NCBI GenBank assembly: GCA_964016885.1
Contig: OZ024746.1
Location: 71,424,001-71,488,000 of the forward strand
Length of the DNA: 64,000 nt
Direction: 5' to 3'
Source: Eledone cirrhosa
Taxonomy: Eukaryota
Shown: piece after piece, positions 44,496-59,192 of the stretch
How positions within the stretch are numbered: the stretch's first letter is position 1
Layout of the letters: each line of letters begins with the position of its first letter
Position numbers and translations under genes: made by a program
Notes under the pieces: model-generated
What the model was told of the DNA's origin: nothing
What the model saw: the letters and a program-made list of their open reading frames with translations, nothing else
Database searches by the model: none

Positions 44496-44847
44496 GAATG
44501 AAAATTGGAAGGAAAAACGAAGAAAGGCTGGAAAGTTGAAAGAAAGAACAAAAGAGAAAGCGAAGGAATAAAAAAGAAAAATATATTTATGAAAATTGAA
44601 GCATGGAAGATGAAAGAAGAATGAAGTAAAGGGAGGTAATATTAATCTAGTGAATTAAGAAGGTAGGCCAAATGAATGAAGCAAGAATTGAATAGATGAA
44701 AATATATATACCACATCGTAATGAATAAAATACATTGTGTATGTACGATATATAAAGTTATGAAGGATATGAAAATATGATATAAAGATATAAAGGACAG
44801 CAGTGGTGGCAATAGGAACGAATGAAATAAATAAATAAAATATAAAG

Positions 44848-44906
<59 letters not shown>

Positions 44907-45314
44907 TTTTTTTTTCAAATATAATGGAAGAAAAATGAAGAGAAATGAAAGAATGTAGTAGAAGAAGAAGAAGAAGAAGAAGAAGAAGAAGACACTTGAT
45001 ATATCTTTGCCACCCACATAAGCTAAGATGGCAACTAACAAGCAATTTTTTGAAAAGTGTATAAAACCCTATTACAACTAAATCCTGAGAAGGGAAAGAA
45101 CGTATATACGTATCTGGATGTTTCCAAGAAACTAACTGAGGTACAGCATGGCATACATTCTATAGGTAGTGATTGGTCGCTTTGAGAAAAGAGTTACTCA
45201 TAGTGTATAATACAACTGATGTATAGAATATTTTAGCCAGACTAGCGAAGAAGGCATTAGTTTTCGTTGAACTTGTACACACTAAATGTGTGGATGTATA
45301 TATAAATATATAAA

Positions 45315-47153
45315 TTATTCTTTAGTGCCTTAAATAAATGCTTCCCTCCCTCACATATCTATAGTAAAATATTTAACAAACACACTATAAAATTTTCCTA
45401 TTCGACCTCATCCAACATTTCCAACATTATCTCTAAACACAGCAATAAAATACTAAAAACTAAATCTCTTCCTTCCAACATAATAATAGTAATAGTACTC
45501 CCGACGTCATTGCAAACTCTAGGCTAATTTCTGCAAACCCAAATACAACGTCAAACACAACTTCGCTAAATGTTCTTAATCCCATTCTAAATCAAGAAAC
45601 TAGTATTCCTATCGTAAATAACTTCTCCAATCCAATTCCTTCTATAGATAACACTAGGTCACTTGTTAATAACTCTGCTAATCTCTCTAATCGCAATTGC
45701 AATTGCCTTGTTAAAAATAAATGTCCTCTCAACAACCATTGTCTTGAAAAAAACTTAATCTACGAATGTAAAGTTATAACTGATACCAATTCCTTCACCT
45801 ATTTTGGGTCCACTTCCACCTCCTTTAAAGCTCGTCTTTATAATCATCATTCGTCTTTTAAATACTAACTTAAAAGAACCAACACGGCACTCTCAGAACT
45901 CATATGGTCCTTGAAAGACAAAAATATTAAATATAACATCTCTTGGAAAAAGGTTTCTTCTGCTTCTTAAACAGTTCTCTATCCAAGACTTGCAATCTCT
46001 GTTTAAATGAAAAATTTACCATTATAACTAATTTAGATTCTTTAATAAATAGACGCACTGACTTGTTTTCTCTCTGCTTGCATAAATTCCACAGAACATT
46101 CCATAAAGTATACAGCTAATATCTAATACTTTATCAATTAAAATCCTTTTCTCAAAGGCACATATATATATATATACATATATATTTCTTTAAAAATATA
46201 CCCATCTTTCTACCTTATTTCAAAGTTATTTATTATACATTATATAATACTAGTTACTCATTCTATATCACTCCTATTTATCACTTCCCTTTCTTCCTTT
46301 TCCTTTTCTTTTCTTTTTCTTTTAATTTCTAACCCCTAATCTGTACCTTTTCTCATTGTGCCTAACATAGAAACAATTATTACACAGTACAATATATTCT
46401 TACTTTATATCACCTTAAAAAAATCCTTCGTAAACATAAACATTTTTTTGTTGACGTTAGATTATTCATCCTCAATTCATTATTTTTTTCTCCCTTTCAT
46501 GCTCATCTAACTTATTCATCCAATGTTCTACTTCTTTCACAATATATCCTTACTTACATTACTATTGCTATATTTTTACATTTTTTTAAATAATACATAT
46601 CAACATTTTCTTTCCATCGCACATATTATTAAACCCTTAAATATTATTCTTAATACATATTAACAATTTCTTTTCATCACACATATTATTAAACCCTTCA
46701 ATATACAAACCTTAACTTAACATTATTTTTCTCTTCGTTAATTTTCAAATTCTTTTAATTTATATATTATCTTTCCAACGGTTTTTCAACCTCTCTATGT
46801 AAAACAATATATTTTTCTCAGTTATAAAAGCTATCTCTCTCTCTCTATCACCCATCTCTCCTCCTATCTCATCCTTCCTCATTATACTCCTCCCCCTCCA
46901 CTTTTTACTCTCATCTCCTCCTCTTTTTCACCCCCCCCCCCCTCAAAAATGTTTTTTCCCAATATCACACATCAATCTAAAACTACTTTTCATATGTTGA
47001 TTTAAAACTGCACTATTCACAAGTGTATTTTAACCTTCATATCATGTCTTCCTATTTTATCTGACGAAAACACAAATGTTATTGCATGATGATATTTGTT
47101 TTTGAAATGCGCATAATAAAATACATGGAACTCTTTTAACCATCTTTTGATCT

Positions 47154-47157
<4 letters not shown>
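45315..47157 (+). mobile_element. 5'-truncated Penelope-like element (Naiad-like GIY-YIG C-terminus), long AT-rich 3' region and HHR-bearing pLTR ending in (TA)n
   Basis: FPPSHIYSKIFNKHTIKFSYS...NCNCLVKNKCPLNNHCLEKNLIYECKV..TYFGSTSTSFKARLYNH..CNLCLNEK..CLHK (45321-46119, with two TAA stops); HHR at 47053. Confidence 0.85.
47053..47123 (+). ncRNA. Type I hammerhead ribozyme in the 3' region (pLTR) of a PLE
   Basis: TATTTTAT-CTGACGA-long stem II (CAAATGTTAT/ATGATATTTG)-GAA-ATGCGCAT palindrome-A-ATAAAATA; perfect 8-bp stem I. Confidence 0.85.
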
Positions 47158-47207
<50 letters not shown>

Positions 47208-47209
<2 letters not shown>

Positions 47210-47301
47210 CGAAGGAAATGTGGTAAGGAACCAGGTGGACCATAACGCACTAAAGTACTCAATACTTAGGGTAGTAGAGTGGGTAATAGGTCCTACTCGT
47301 T

Positions 47302-47304
<3 letters not shown>
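47208..47304. mobile_element. Same family, short foldback copy
   Basis: AACGAAGGAAATGTGGTAAGGAACC... joined to inverted TCCTACTCGTTCCT; TA flanks. Confidence 0.7.
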
Positions 47305-47350
<46 letters not shown>

Positions 47351-47819
47351 CACAAATTTAAATAATTTTGAAAACCAAACAATGCACTAGGAAGAAATTA
47401 AATCACCAAGATAACGAAAGAATGTTAGCTTAGCAAATTTAAACCTATAATAAAGGGAGTAACCATATGAGAGAATTAAAAGATCGATCAGATTGACTTG
47501 CTTGTTTGGAGAGCAGATTTAAGTTAAATGAAATGAAAAGACGTTAAATTTTCGAACGTGCAAGTTGTGAAATGTATGATATATGCGTGAATGTGTACGT
47601 GAATGTAAGTGTGCTTAGTGGGATGTTTGTATGCGTATGCATATATGTTTATGTAGTGAAATATATGTGCGAATATGTATATAATAAAACGGGAAAAATA
47701 TGTGTGCAAAGTATGTATATGTATGTGTGCAATGTATGTATGTATGTAAGTATGTATATGTGAGTCTAAGTGTGCTCGCCTAGTGAGGACATAGATTTAA
47801 TTTCAAAGAAATAATGAAA

Positions 47820-47990
47820 CTGGTAGCTGGGATGTTGGAATACAGGCTTTTAAATTAGCCAAGAGATTTTATAACACTGGAGACAATGGGTCTAATTTTC
47901 AGGTCGGGTCCTTCTTTGTGGGTTTTGATCAGATGGTAGAAGTTGGGCAGCCTGCTGTTTCTTGTTATGTAATTGTACCGGAATCTCTTC
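47820..47990 (-). pseudogene. PLE reverse transcriptase N-terminal fragment with internal deletion
   Basis: LPNFYHLIKTHKEGPDLKIRPIVSS followed closely by FKSLYSNIP. Confidence 0.75.
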
Positions 47991-48028
<38 letters not shown>

Positions 48029-48226
48029 TCAATATTTGGAGACTGAAATCACAGCAACTTTAATTTCACTCGCCAGTTTTTGAGACAGATAGACTGCAGC
48101 CCGAGGTAATATCAAGTGGATGCTACTATTCACACATGCAGCGGATACTATGGGTCATGAGACCACAAGGAATGCTAAACATAGTAATGCCAGTATTTAT
48201 TGCAATGTAACAGGAATATATATATA

Positions 48227-48267
<41 letters not shown>

Positions 48268-48274
<7 letters not shown>

Positions 48275-49140
48275 ATTAAAATAACAGATTAAAATTTAAG
48301 CAAAGAATCGCTGCTTTCACCCTTAACGGGATCTTCCGTTATACGATCTAGCCTCAGCTAGGATCGCCCAGTGTAACCTATATTGGGTGTGGTTGTCTTT
48401 TAGACTCCAGATATAAGCTGAAAATGACGTCATATTCCTTCTTAAATGGTTAAGAAAAGAATGGGTATGCATGTAAAGACGCTGCTTGAATCTATTGGTG
48501 GTTAATCCTATGTAGGCCCTACGGGACGTGGGTGTTTCAACCTTACGTTTGTAGACAATGTTACTAGAGAGAAATTTCCCGGATAGGGGGCAGTCAACCC
48601 GATTCCTACCATTACAGTTAGTACTAGCTAGATGATTGCAGGTGTTACTACGGCTAGATTCGGTTTCCTAAATAGAATTTTAGTCTACGATTTCAGTTAT
48701 ACCATAAACGTGGTTTGTCTTTGCGTGTAATTGTCCTCCACGCTCCACATAATGACGTATTATCTTCGCTTTTCCGTTCATTGCCAGGGAACGTCTCCAC
48801 GAACCACCTAATAGAATATTAGTCTACGACTCCATTTATACCATAAACGTGGTTTTGTCTTTGCGTGTAATTGTTCTTACAGCTGCAAATAATGACGTAC
48901 TAACTTCGTTTTTTTTCTTCCGTTCTTTGCCAGTGCAACGTTTTTCGAAATATTTACTTCTGCGTTCACAGATTGATTTTTTTTAGTTTCAGAAGATCCC
49001 GTTAAGGGTGAAAGCAGCGATTCTTTGCTTAAACTTTAATCTGTTATTTTAATAAATATTTGCTCTACGGTTCTTATATATTTGATATATATTTATCCTT
49101 ATCGAGCCCTCTTTGGAATATTAGTTTCCAAATTTATTAT

Positions 49141-49145
<5 letters not shown>
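48268..49145. mobile_element. Second copy of the CAGAAGA family, with a short inverted arm (48268-48336) and ~140-bp internal subrepeats
   Basis: Sequence match to 5418-6187; subrepeats begin ~48667 and ~48807. Confidence 0.75.
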
Positions 49146-49208
<63 letters not shown>

Positions 49209-49624
49209 CTATCTATATATATATATATATTTCAATGACTGAAGCCATTAGTAGAAGAATACAAATATAAGAATAAATGTTTACACACCATCTTTTCGTG
49301 TATTCAAATCTAACACCAATGTCATGAATAGCACCAACAGGCTCTAGCGCTCCCCCCCCCCCAGCAACTCTAACCAACAAAACTTCCCTTATATATTAAA
49401 CAATACGCCCTTCCCACTAACAAACAAATTTCCCTCCTCTCTTCACACACACATACACACAACACCCATATATTCGTCATCATATTTTTGTTTTTGTTAT
49501 CTCACCTTAACCTTTTTGACATCAAACCGTCTGAAACTGTCTTTGGTTGTATGATACAATGCTGTTTATTTTAAAGTATTTATATTTATCTAAAAACCTT
49601 CATAATATTCTACATACAGACTTA

Positions 49625-49803
49625 ATAATTGTTTCCACTTTTGGCACAACGTCAGCAATTATACCAGTGTATTACTAGTACTTTATGTTATCGATCCCGT
49701 AAGGATGAAAGGCAAAGTTAACCTCAGCGGGATTTGAACTCAGAATGGCAAGGGCCGTAACTCTATGCGTCAAAGCATGGCGTCCGACCCTTACCAATAC
49801 TGC
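49625..49803 (-). mobile_element. Same SINE family; further partial copies at ~26455-26550, 43160-43250, 56030-56110 and 56730-56880
   Basis: Reverse complement of the 55520 consensus. Confidence 0.8.
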
Positions 49804-50073
49804 CTGAGCAAGTAATATTACTAAATCCTTCCAAATTCTTTATTATTTTCAAAACTATTTGAAAACCATAGGTGGGTCTTCTATTAGAAATATGGTAAGG
49901 AAATAATTAAGGAGCTACGAGCTTCCTTCCTTCAAATCTAACAATGATGTCTTCACCCACATCAACAGGCATTAAATCTATCCACAGCATTCTTAACCAA
50001 CCATATCTCTCGTCTCCGATATTCACAATATACGTCCTTCCAGTCAACCAGCCAATTTTTCAGTCATCTTACC

Positions 50074-50145
<72 letters not shown>

Positions 50146-50246
50146 CACACATGTCGCCCTCACAGTGTGTTTTTTTTTATAATCTAAATTTAAAGAGCTA
50201 CGATTTCCTCTCCTTTTTCCATTCGCGCCATAAACATAGACCTCAC

Positions 50247-50282
50247 CGAGTGAAAACGTTGACGAGAAACACCAGACGCCAT
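50247..50282 (-). CDS. Putative first coding exon of a host gene (MASGVSRQRFHS)
   Basis: Start context AAAATGGCG; donor TCG|GTGAGG; non-repetitive region with tandem ETS motifs upstream. Confidence 0.5.
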
Positions 50283-50584
50283 TTTGTCCTCTGCTGCTTG
50301 CTTTCTTAGTTTCTCGCCGTCTTCATCGTCACTGTTATTTTGATGGTGGCTATCTTTCCTACTGGTCTAGTTGTTGTTATTTCTATTAGAATGGTACTTT
50401 TCTTTGTTTTCTTGTTTCTTCTTTTTCATTATATATGTAGCTTTATTTTCTGTTTTACTTTTGTGCGGTCCTTTTAATATTTTTGGGTTTTTTTTCTTAT
50501 ATATTTGTTTCACCACCCTCCTTTGTCGAAGATGACAACAAGATCGGAGACAACTTCCAGTGTTTACTAACAAGAATATGTGCC

Positions 50585-50620
50585 AGACAACCGGAAACAT
50601 TCAAGCAGAACCGGAAATGG
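50585..50620 (-). promoter_or_regulatory. Tandem ETS-type motifs (CCGGAA x2, 20 bp apart); candidate promoter
   Basis: AACCGGAAA with CCGGAA cores at 50591 and 50611. Confidence 0.4.
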
Positions 50621-50986
50621 ACTCCATATTGATGTCTCAACCCAAGATCTACACATACAGAGATAATTTAACGCACACATACGCACACACACACACACAC
50701 ACGCATACACACACATACGCATACATACATTCACTCTCCATAGTGGTTTTCTTCTTGTTTTTCTTCTTCCCTCAGTCTTTATTCACACAATCCAGCAATA
50801 CACACACACACACATACACACACACGCAAACACACACACATACACACAGACATACACACGTACCCACGCACATAAGGATATATTTGAGTCGTAATAATAT
50901 GTATAGTTACATACATGTGTCTATATTATGAATTTATGTATATGTATTTCCGTGTGTACTTACACGTGTATATACATGTGTGTGTT

Positions 50987-51034
<48 letters not shown>

Positions 51035-51190
51035 TATACATAAATATATATATACATATATATATACATATATATATATATAGCATCAGTTCCGGGAAAA
51101 GGCAAACAAAGGCACACACACAGATGGCAAACTAGTGTTTATATTGACGAGATATACGTTGATAAACACGGCCATACTCAAACATACAAA

Positions 51191-51231
<41 letters not shown>

Positions 51232-51889
51232 ACACACACTCACACACACATATATATATATATATCCATACATACATTCTACACATGCACACGTTAACTC
51301 AATCCCCTAATATTTACACTAAGGATGTTTAACGAAGACACAGACACATACACACGCATACACACACACGCATACACACACACAGAAGCACAAACACACA
51401 CACAAGGCTATATAAGCACAAATATAACTACAATCACACTAAAACAATGTTTACATTCATTATATATACACTCACAAACGATCAATCATAGCCTCACACA
51501 CACAGGCATACACATACATATATCCACACACACATAGACGCACACATGCACAAACATACCGACACATACATAAACATAACTTCAAACACAAAAAGGCACT
51601 TACTGATTTATACATACATGCGTGAAATGTATATATTCACACATGTATATACACTCGAAGATTGTTTATAATGATGACGTGTGTACATTTACAAAGATAT
51701 AAATAAGACCATTCAAGACAATCCCACATGTATACATACAGCGAAGCCTATTCAATTCCATACACACACACACGCGCACACACATACACACACGCGTGCA
51801 CACTCACACACACATACACACACACATACAGACACACAACCACACACACACACTGACGCGTACATACACATGCACAAACGCAGAGATGC

Positions 51890-51968
<79 letters not shown>

Positions 51969-52253
51969 TATAAATACAATCAAATATTTATGGATAAATA
52001 TATATACATTTATGTATATATTTCTATATATCTCTGTGTGTGTGTGTATTTATCTCCCATCCCATCCCGCCAGACGCTTCTCTCTCTCTCTACATTACAC
52101 ACACAGACACACTCACATACACACACACACGCACACACACATATATACATATATATATATATATTCTTACATACACATAACGCAGCTGCACACCATGCTT
52201 ACAAAAGCATAATCGTATTTAATTATGCAATATATACCTACACACACACACAC

Positions 52254-52379
<126 letters not shown>

Positions 52380-52431
52380 GTATATATATGTATATATATG
52401 TATACAATTATATATCGTTTGTGAGTGTATA

Positions 52432-52483
<52 letters not shown>

Positions 52484-52648
52484 CAGAACCTGGGTGAACC
52501 TGAGGCAAATTACTTGCCCGATATGCTATGGAAAGCACCACCTCGGGATTGTGGAGCGTACAACTTAAGCACTCTGTCTTGCTTCAGTTCATATATAAGT
52601 TTGTGTGTATATGATGTGTGTGCGTGTATTTTTGTGCGTATGCATACG

Positions 52649-52744
<96 letters not shown>

Positions 52745-53051
52745 GTGAGGTTTTTTTTACAAAATGAAAAATAACCGAGGTGTCCTACACGAGTGAAAGT
52801 ATAAAGAAAAAAAAGATGAAATCGAAAATGCATCTGGAGTCTTATTTAAAAAAAATATATATATATATTTATTTGGTTCCTTTACCGGTTTCGCAGTTCT
52901 TCTGCTTTTTAAAAGTAAAGGAACCAAATAAATATATATATATTTTAAAAAATAAGACTCCAGTTGCATTTTCGATATCATCTTTTTTTTTTCTATACTT
53001 TCACTCGTGTAGGACACCTCGCTTATTTTTCAATTTGCAAAAAAACCTCAC

Positions 53052-53121
<70 letters not shown>

Positions 53122-53565
53122 CGTATGCACACGCACATAAACACACGCACACACACATCATATACACACAAACTTATATATGAACTGAAGCAAGACAGAG
53201 TGCTTAAGTTGTACGCTCCACAATCCCGAGGCCCTGCTTTCCATAGCATATCGGGCAAGTAACTTAGCCTCAGGTTCACCCAAGTTCTGTGAATAGCGAA
53301 GGTTCACCCAAGTTCTGGCTTGACGAAGACCGTATGGAGACCCGTCACAAAAAAAAGTGTTTTAGCAATTCAAAGGTGCAGGCATGTCACACGCTTTATT
53401 ACACTGATTCCACTTGAACATTACGTATGGTTACTCGTGTTGTTTGTAAAATATTCAGTCATTGTGCCCGTTAATTCATTGAAGAAATCGTTCACTTGAT
53501 TGAACAAATTGACACTTATATGTCGTTATATGCCGTTCTCGATGGGAGAACGCATTACTGTATGC

Positions 53566-53662
<97 letters not shown>

Positions 53663-53743
53663 GTGTGTGCGTGTGTGTGTGTATAGTGACCTGAAAGATG
53701 CATACACATTTGTGCATAGAACTATATTCTCAATAGTGTTATG

Positions 53744-53774
<31 letters not shown>

Positions 53775-54178
53775 GTAAACATATATATGCATATAAATAT
53801 ACACATATATATATATACATTACACACATAATTTATATAAATATATATATAAATATATATATAAATATATACATATATAAATTACGTGGAGGGTTTTTGA
53901 TGCATTAACGGTTTAACGGATGTATACGTTAAAAGAGGAAGACATCATAAATTAAACAGACCCTACATATGTGTATATACATTTGTGCAACTCACAAACT
54001 AACATATATACAGATAGACACTCCGACCCCCCCCCCCCCTTCACACACACACACTTCCTCTCTCTCTCTATCTTTCTCTCCCACTATCTATGTCTATATA
54101 TACCTTTCTATAAGATATAGACCAACCGGGCAACCGGGTACGAGAATATATTTATATATATAAATTTTCAAATATATA

Positions 54179-54262
<84 letters not shown>

Positions 54263-54293
54263 TCTCTCTCTCTCTCTCGCTTTCTCTTTCTCT

Positions 54294-54334
<41 letters not shown>

Positions 54335-54469
54335 TGCATATATATGAATGTATATATAAATATATATGAATGTATATAAATATATATATAAATATACACA
54401 CTGTAAATATACACACTATATCGGACTTAACGTTTGGCGCCCCCGAAGTCTTAGTGGCAATAAACGGAA

Positions 54470-55095
54470 TTAAACACAATTAAGCGGTAGGCCCCGATAG
54501 GTTCCTTGCTTGTGTCCTGGGGCTGTGTCGACACCTACTTCCATCTCTTCTTGCTAATCTGTGGAGGAACTCACTGGATGCTGGCTATACACCTGAAAAC
54601 TTTCTGTCCCAGTCCGTTTTCCCAGTTTTCAAAAACGGAAACAAGTCACTTGCAGTGAATTACTGTTCGATCTTACTCACCTCTCATATTATCAAGATAT
54701 TTGTGAGGGTGGTGAAATCCTGAATAACTCACTTTCTTGAAAGCAACAATCTGCTGAACTCCAACCGAGATGGGTTCCGTAATGGAAGAGACTACCTAAC
54801 GCAGCTCCTGTATCACTTTGATGACATTTTAAGAGCTTTGGGAGTGGGCTCTAACACTGATGTCTTCTACCTTGATTTTAGTTAGGACTTTCTTAGGGCT
54901 GATCACAATATTTTACAGAAAGAAAAAAACTCTCCAGCATGGTGTCTCTGGACAGTTACTGCAATGGATCAAGTATTTCCTGACAAAAAGAGCCCAACAT
55001 ATTGTAGTCGAAGGAGTACAACCAAGCCCAGCCAAAATCAATAGTGACGTTCTACAAGGCATTGTGTTGTACCCACTTCTTTTCATTATATATAC
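54470..55095 (+). pseudogene. LINE (CR1/L2-type) reverse transcriptase remnant
   Basis: GPD...PVFKNGNKSLAVNY..ILLTSHIIKIF...GFRNGR..LTQLL...DVFYLDFS, then VLQGIVLYPLLFIIY; contains stops and frameshifts. Confidence 0.85.
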
Positions 55096-55519
55096 TAGCA
55101 GAAAAACCACCATTCGAGCGGTTTTCTGCTAGCATATGTAATGTGCATATTAATATTTATGCAAATACACATGCATGTAGATATATGTAAAATAAAATCG
55201 TAACTGTAATCAGTAAAGCAATCCATGATACATTTAAAAAAGACGATATTGTATATAAACTGCATTACTGTGAAATGTAATGAAACCTTATATAACGATG
55301 CAAATATATGGATGTTTACATAAGCGATGTAATAAGTGTTATGATATAACGGACTCTAACCGGAAGTATAGACATTTGAAAATTTTAAAAGAAGTGAAAA
55401 TTTTAAAAGAAGTGAATCTTAAAATAAGCAATCATTATATATAAGAATATTTATGTTTAATCAACAACTACGAAATTTAGTAGATAAATTATGTAATATT
55501 CATTCATTATTTATTCAAA

Positions 55520-55705
55520 GGCGGTGGATTGGCAGTATCGGTAGAGGGTCGGACGCCATGCTTTCCAGCATAGTTACGTCCCTTTACGATCTGAGTTCAA
55601 ATCCCGCCGAGGTTGACTTTGCCTTTCATCCTTACGGGGTCGATAAAATAAAGTACCAGTAATGAACTGGGTAATTTGCTGGCCTTGTGCCTAAAAGTAG
55701 AAACA
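55520..55705 (+). mobile_element. Full-length tRNA-derived SINE with a Meta-like central domain and 15-bp TSD
   Basis: B-box GAGTTCAAATCC; GCCTTTCATCCTTACGGGGTCGATAAAATAAAGTACCAG domain; ATTATTTATTCAAAG at 55506 and 55706. Confidence 0.9.
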
Positions 55706-56918
55706 ATTATTTATTCAAAGTAATCTAACTTATTTTACTAACGGGATAAAAAAATATATTCGGGACGCAGTCCCCAGTTCCGCACTCCTCCCTTTATTAT
55801 ATTTATGATAAATAACGTTACTGATGTCATCAAACATAGCAACAGAGTCTCTGCAGATAATTCCAAGCTACAGAAGATGACTTTCTGGCTACACGGTGTC
55901 ACATAGCCATTCTTTCTGACATTTGTTTGGTTCATCCAAATATAAAAAGTCAGCAGTTAAATCAATGCAAGTAGGGTTTACACACATATTTGTAGTAGTT
56001 AATTCGATTGGAAATATCATTAAATGTTTTACGTTCTGAGTTCAAATTCTGCCAATACTATCTTTACAGTTAATCTTTCTGGGGTCGATAAAATAAAGTA
56101 CCAGTAAAGTACTGCACTCTTCATCTTCTTCTTCTTCTTCTTCTTCTCCTTCTCCTCCTCCTCCTTCTTCTTCTTCTTCTTCTTCTTCTTCTTCTTCTTC
56201 TTCTTCTTCTTCTTCTTCTTCTTCTTCTTCTTCTTCTTCTTCTTCTTCTTCTTCTTCTTCTTCTTCTTCTTCTCCTCCTCCTCCTTCTTCTTCTTCTTCT
56301 TCTTCTTCTTCTTCTTCTTCTTCTTCTTCTTCTTCTTCTTCTTCTTCTTCTTCTTCTTCTTCTTCGTCTTCTTCCTGAGAGGGTCGTGATGGAACGTGAA
56401 GGTACTATCCTCAAAAACACTATGTGACGACTGAGCCAGGACTCCAACTCCGACCTTTTGATTGCGAGTACAACAACCTAACCATTCAGCCACATACTTT
56501 CAAACTATAAAATATACATAAAAATATATATCAAAGAAAAAAAAAGTGAATACAGATATGCACTTTATCTATTTTAATTTTTAACTCTTCTTCTTTTAAA
56601 CTTTAAACATATCAAAGATAATATGTATTTTGTATTATTTTCTGGTCCTCTCTATTGATGAATGCCAAACAGATAATAAATATATCCACAGAATAAATTA
56701 AAAAAGTATTATACATATACTTACATATGAGGCGGTGAATTGATATAGTGGTCAAAGGGTCGTCTAGAATGGTTTGCAGTATTCGTTCCAGTACTCAGCA
56801 ACCTGAGTTCAAATACCACCAACCGTTGCCTTTCATTCTTCCGAGGTCGATAAAAAAGTACCAGCCCCCTATACTGACCGATTCTTTCCTTATATCTCTT
56901 TCTCATTCTCTCTCTCTC

Positions 56919-56955
<37 letters not shown>

Positions 56956-57127
56956 CTCTGTCTCTCGTGTTCACTAGAGAGGAATGGTCTACACCATATA
57001 AAAATGGCGAAGACACGTCGTTACTACGGTGTGTCTAAGACTCCGCCGGGATTTACGGATACATACCTACACACACACGCGCACACACACATCTATATAT
57101 ATATATATATATATGCATATATATATA

Positions 57128-57177
<50 letters not shown>

Positions 57178-57406
57178 TATGTATATATACATACATACAT
57201 ATATATATATCTATATCTATCTATATATATATATATATATAATAATAATAAGAATAAATGCTCTGAAATAGCGATATATATGTGAATATAGACATAGAAT
57301 ATTCGAAAATATTCTGTATGTTTATAATAAACATTTTGAAGACCTAATCGCTATAGAATAGAATACGTCACGTATTACAATTAGATTCTCGATAAAAGCA
57401 AGGGAA

Positions 57407-57449
57407 GTAATCTACGCGTTTCATTCTCGTTAGAAATCATCAGGACTAC
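57407..57449 (-). ncRNA. Type I hammerhead ribozyme (leftmost of 6 minus-strand copies)
   Basis: Reverse complement of the motif at 59193-59235. Confidence 0.88.
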
Positions 57450-59192
57450 ATATCCAGTGCTTTTATCGAGAATGACACAGCTAGAGACTTATAGAATACT
57501 TAGCTGTGTACAGGAACTGGTTTGAAAGAGCGGTTGCCGGTCCGGCAGAAATTAGAAATTGGAATAAATGCTCTGAAATAGCGATATATATGTGAATATA
57601 GACATAGAATATTCGAAAATATTCTGTATGTTTATAATAAACATTTTGAAGACCTAATCGCTATAGAATAGAATACGTCACGTATTACAATTAGATTCTC
57701 GATAAAAGCAAGGGAAGTAATCTACGCGTTTCATTCTCGTTAGAAATCATCAGGACTACATATCCAGTGCTTTTATCGAGAATGACACAGCTAGAGACTT
57801 ATAGAATACTTAGCTGTGTACAGGAACTGGTTTGAAAGAGCGGTTGCCGGTCCGGCAGAAATTAGAAATTGGAATAAATGCTCTGAAATAGCGATATATA
57901 TGTGAATATAGACATAGAATATTCGAAAATATTCTGTATGTTTATAATAAACATTTTGAAGACCTAATCGCTATAGAATAGAATACGTCACGTATTACAA
58001 TTAGATTCTCGATAAAAGCAAGGGAAGTAATCTACGCGTTTCATTCTCGTTAGAAATCATCAGGACTACATATCCAGTGCTTTTATCGAGAATGACACAG
58101 CTAGAGACTTATAGAATACTTAGCTGTGTACAGGAACTGGTTTGAAAGAGCGGTTGCCGGTCCGGCAGAAATTAGAAATTGGAATAAATGCTCTGAAATA
58201 GCGATATATATGTGAATATAGACATAGAATATTCGAAAATATTCTGTATGTTTATAATAAACATTTTGAAGACCTAATCGCTATAGAATAGAATACGTCA
58301 CGTATTACAATTAGATTCTCGATAAAAGCAAGGGAAGTAATCTACGCGTTTCATTCTCGTTAGAAATCATCAGGACTACATATCCAGTGCTTTTATCGAG
58401 AATGACACAGCTAGAGACTTATAGAATACTTAGCTGTGTACAGGAACTGGTTTGAAAGAGCGGTTGCCGGTCCGGCAGAAATTAGAAATTGGAATAAATG
58501 CTCTGAAATAGCGATATATATGTGAATATAGACATAGAATATTCGAAAATATTCTGTATGTTTATAATAAACATTTTGAAGACCTAATCGCTATAGAATA
58601 GAATACGTCACGTATTACAATTAGATTCTCGATAAAAGCAAGGGAAGTAATCTACGCGTTTCATTCTCGTTAGAAATCATCAGGACTACATATCCAGTGC
58701 TTTTATCGAGAATGACACAGCTAGAGACTTATAGAATACTTAGCTGTGTACAGGAACTGGTTTGAAAGAGCGGTTGCCGGTCCGGCAGAAATTAGAAATT
58801 GGAATAAATGCTCTGAAATAGCGATATATATGTGAATATAGACATAGAATATTCGAAAATATTCTGTATGTTTATAATAAACATTTTGAAGACCTAATCG
58901 CTATAGAATAGAATACGTCACGTATTACAATTAGATTCTCGATAAAAGCAAGGGAAGTAATCTACGCGTTTCATTCTCGTTAGAAATCATCAGGACTACA
59001 TATCCAGTGCTTTTATCGAGAATGACACAGCTAGAGACTTATAGAATACTTAGCTGTGTACAGGAACTGGTTTGAAAGAGCGGTTGCCGGTCCGGCAGAA
59101 ATTAGAAATTGGAATAAATGCTCTGAAATAGCGATATATATGTGAATATAGACATAGAATATTCGAAAATATTCTGTATAAGCACTGGATAT

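Noticed and set aside
55520-55610. tRNA gene
   Set aside because: A/B boxes belong to a SINE head; no cloverleaf, and it is followed by the SINE body and a TSD
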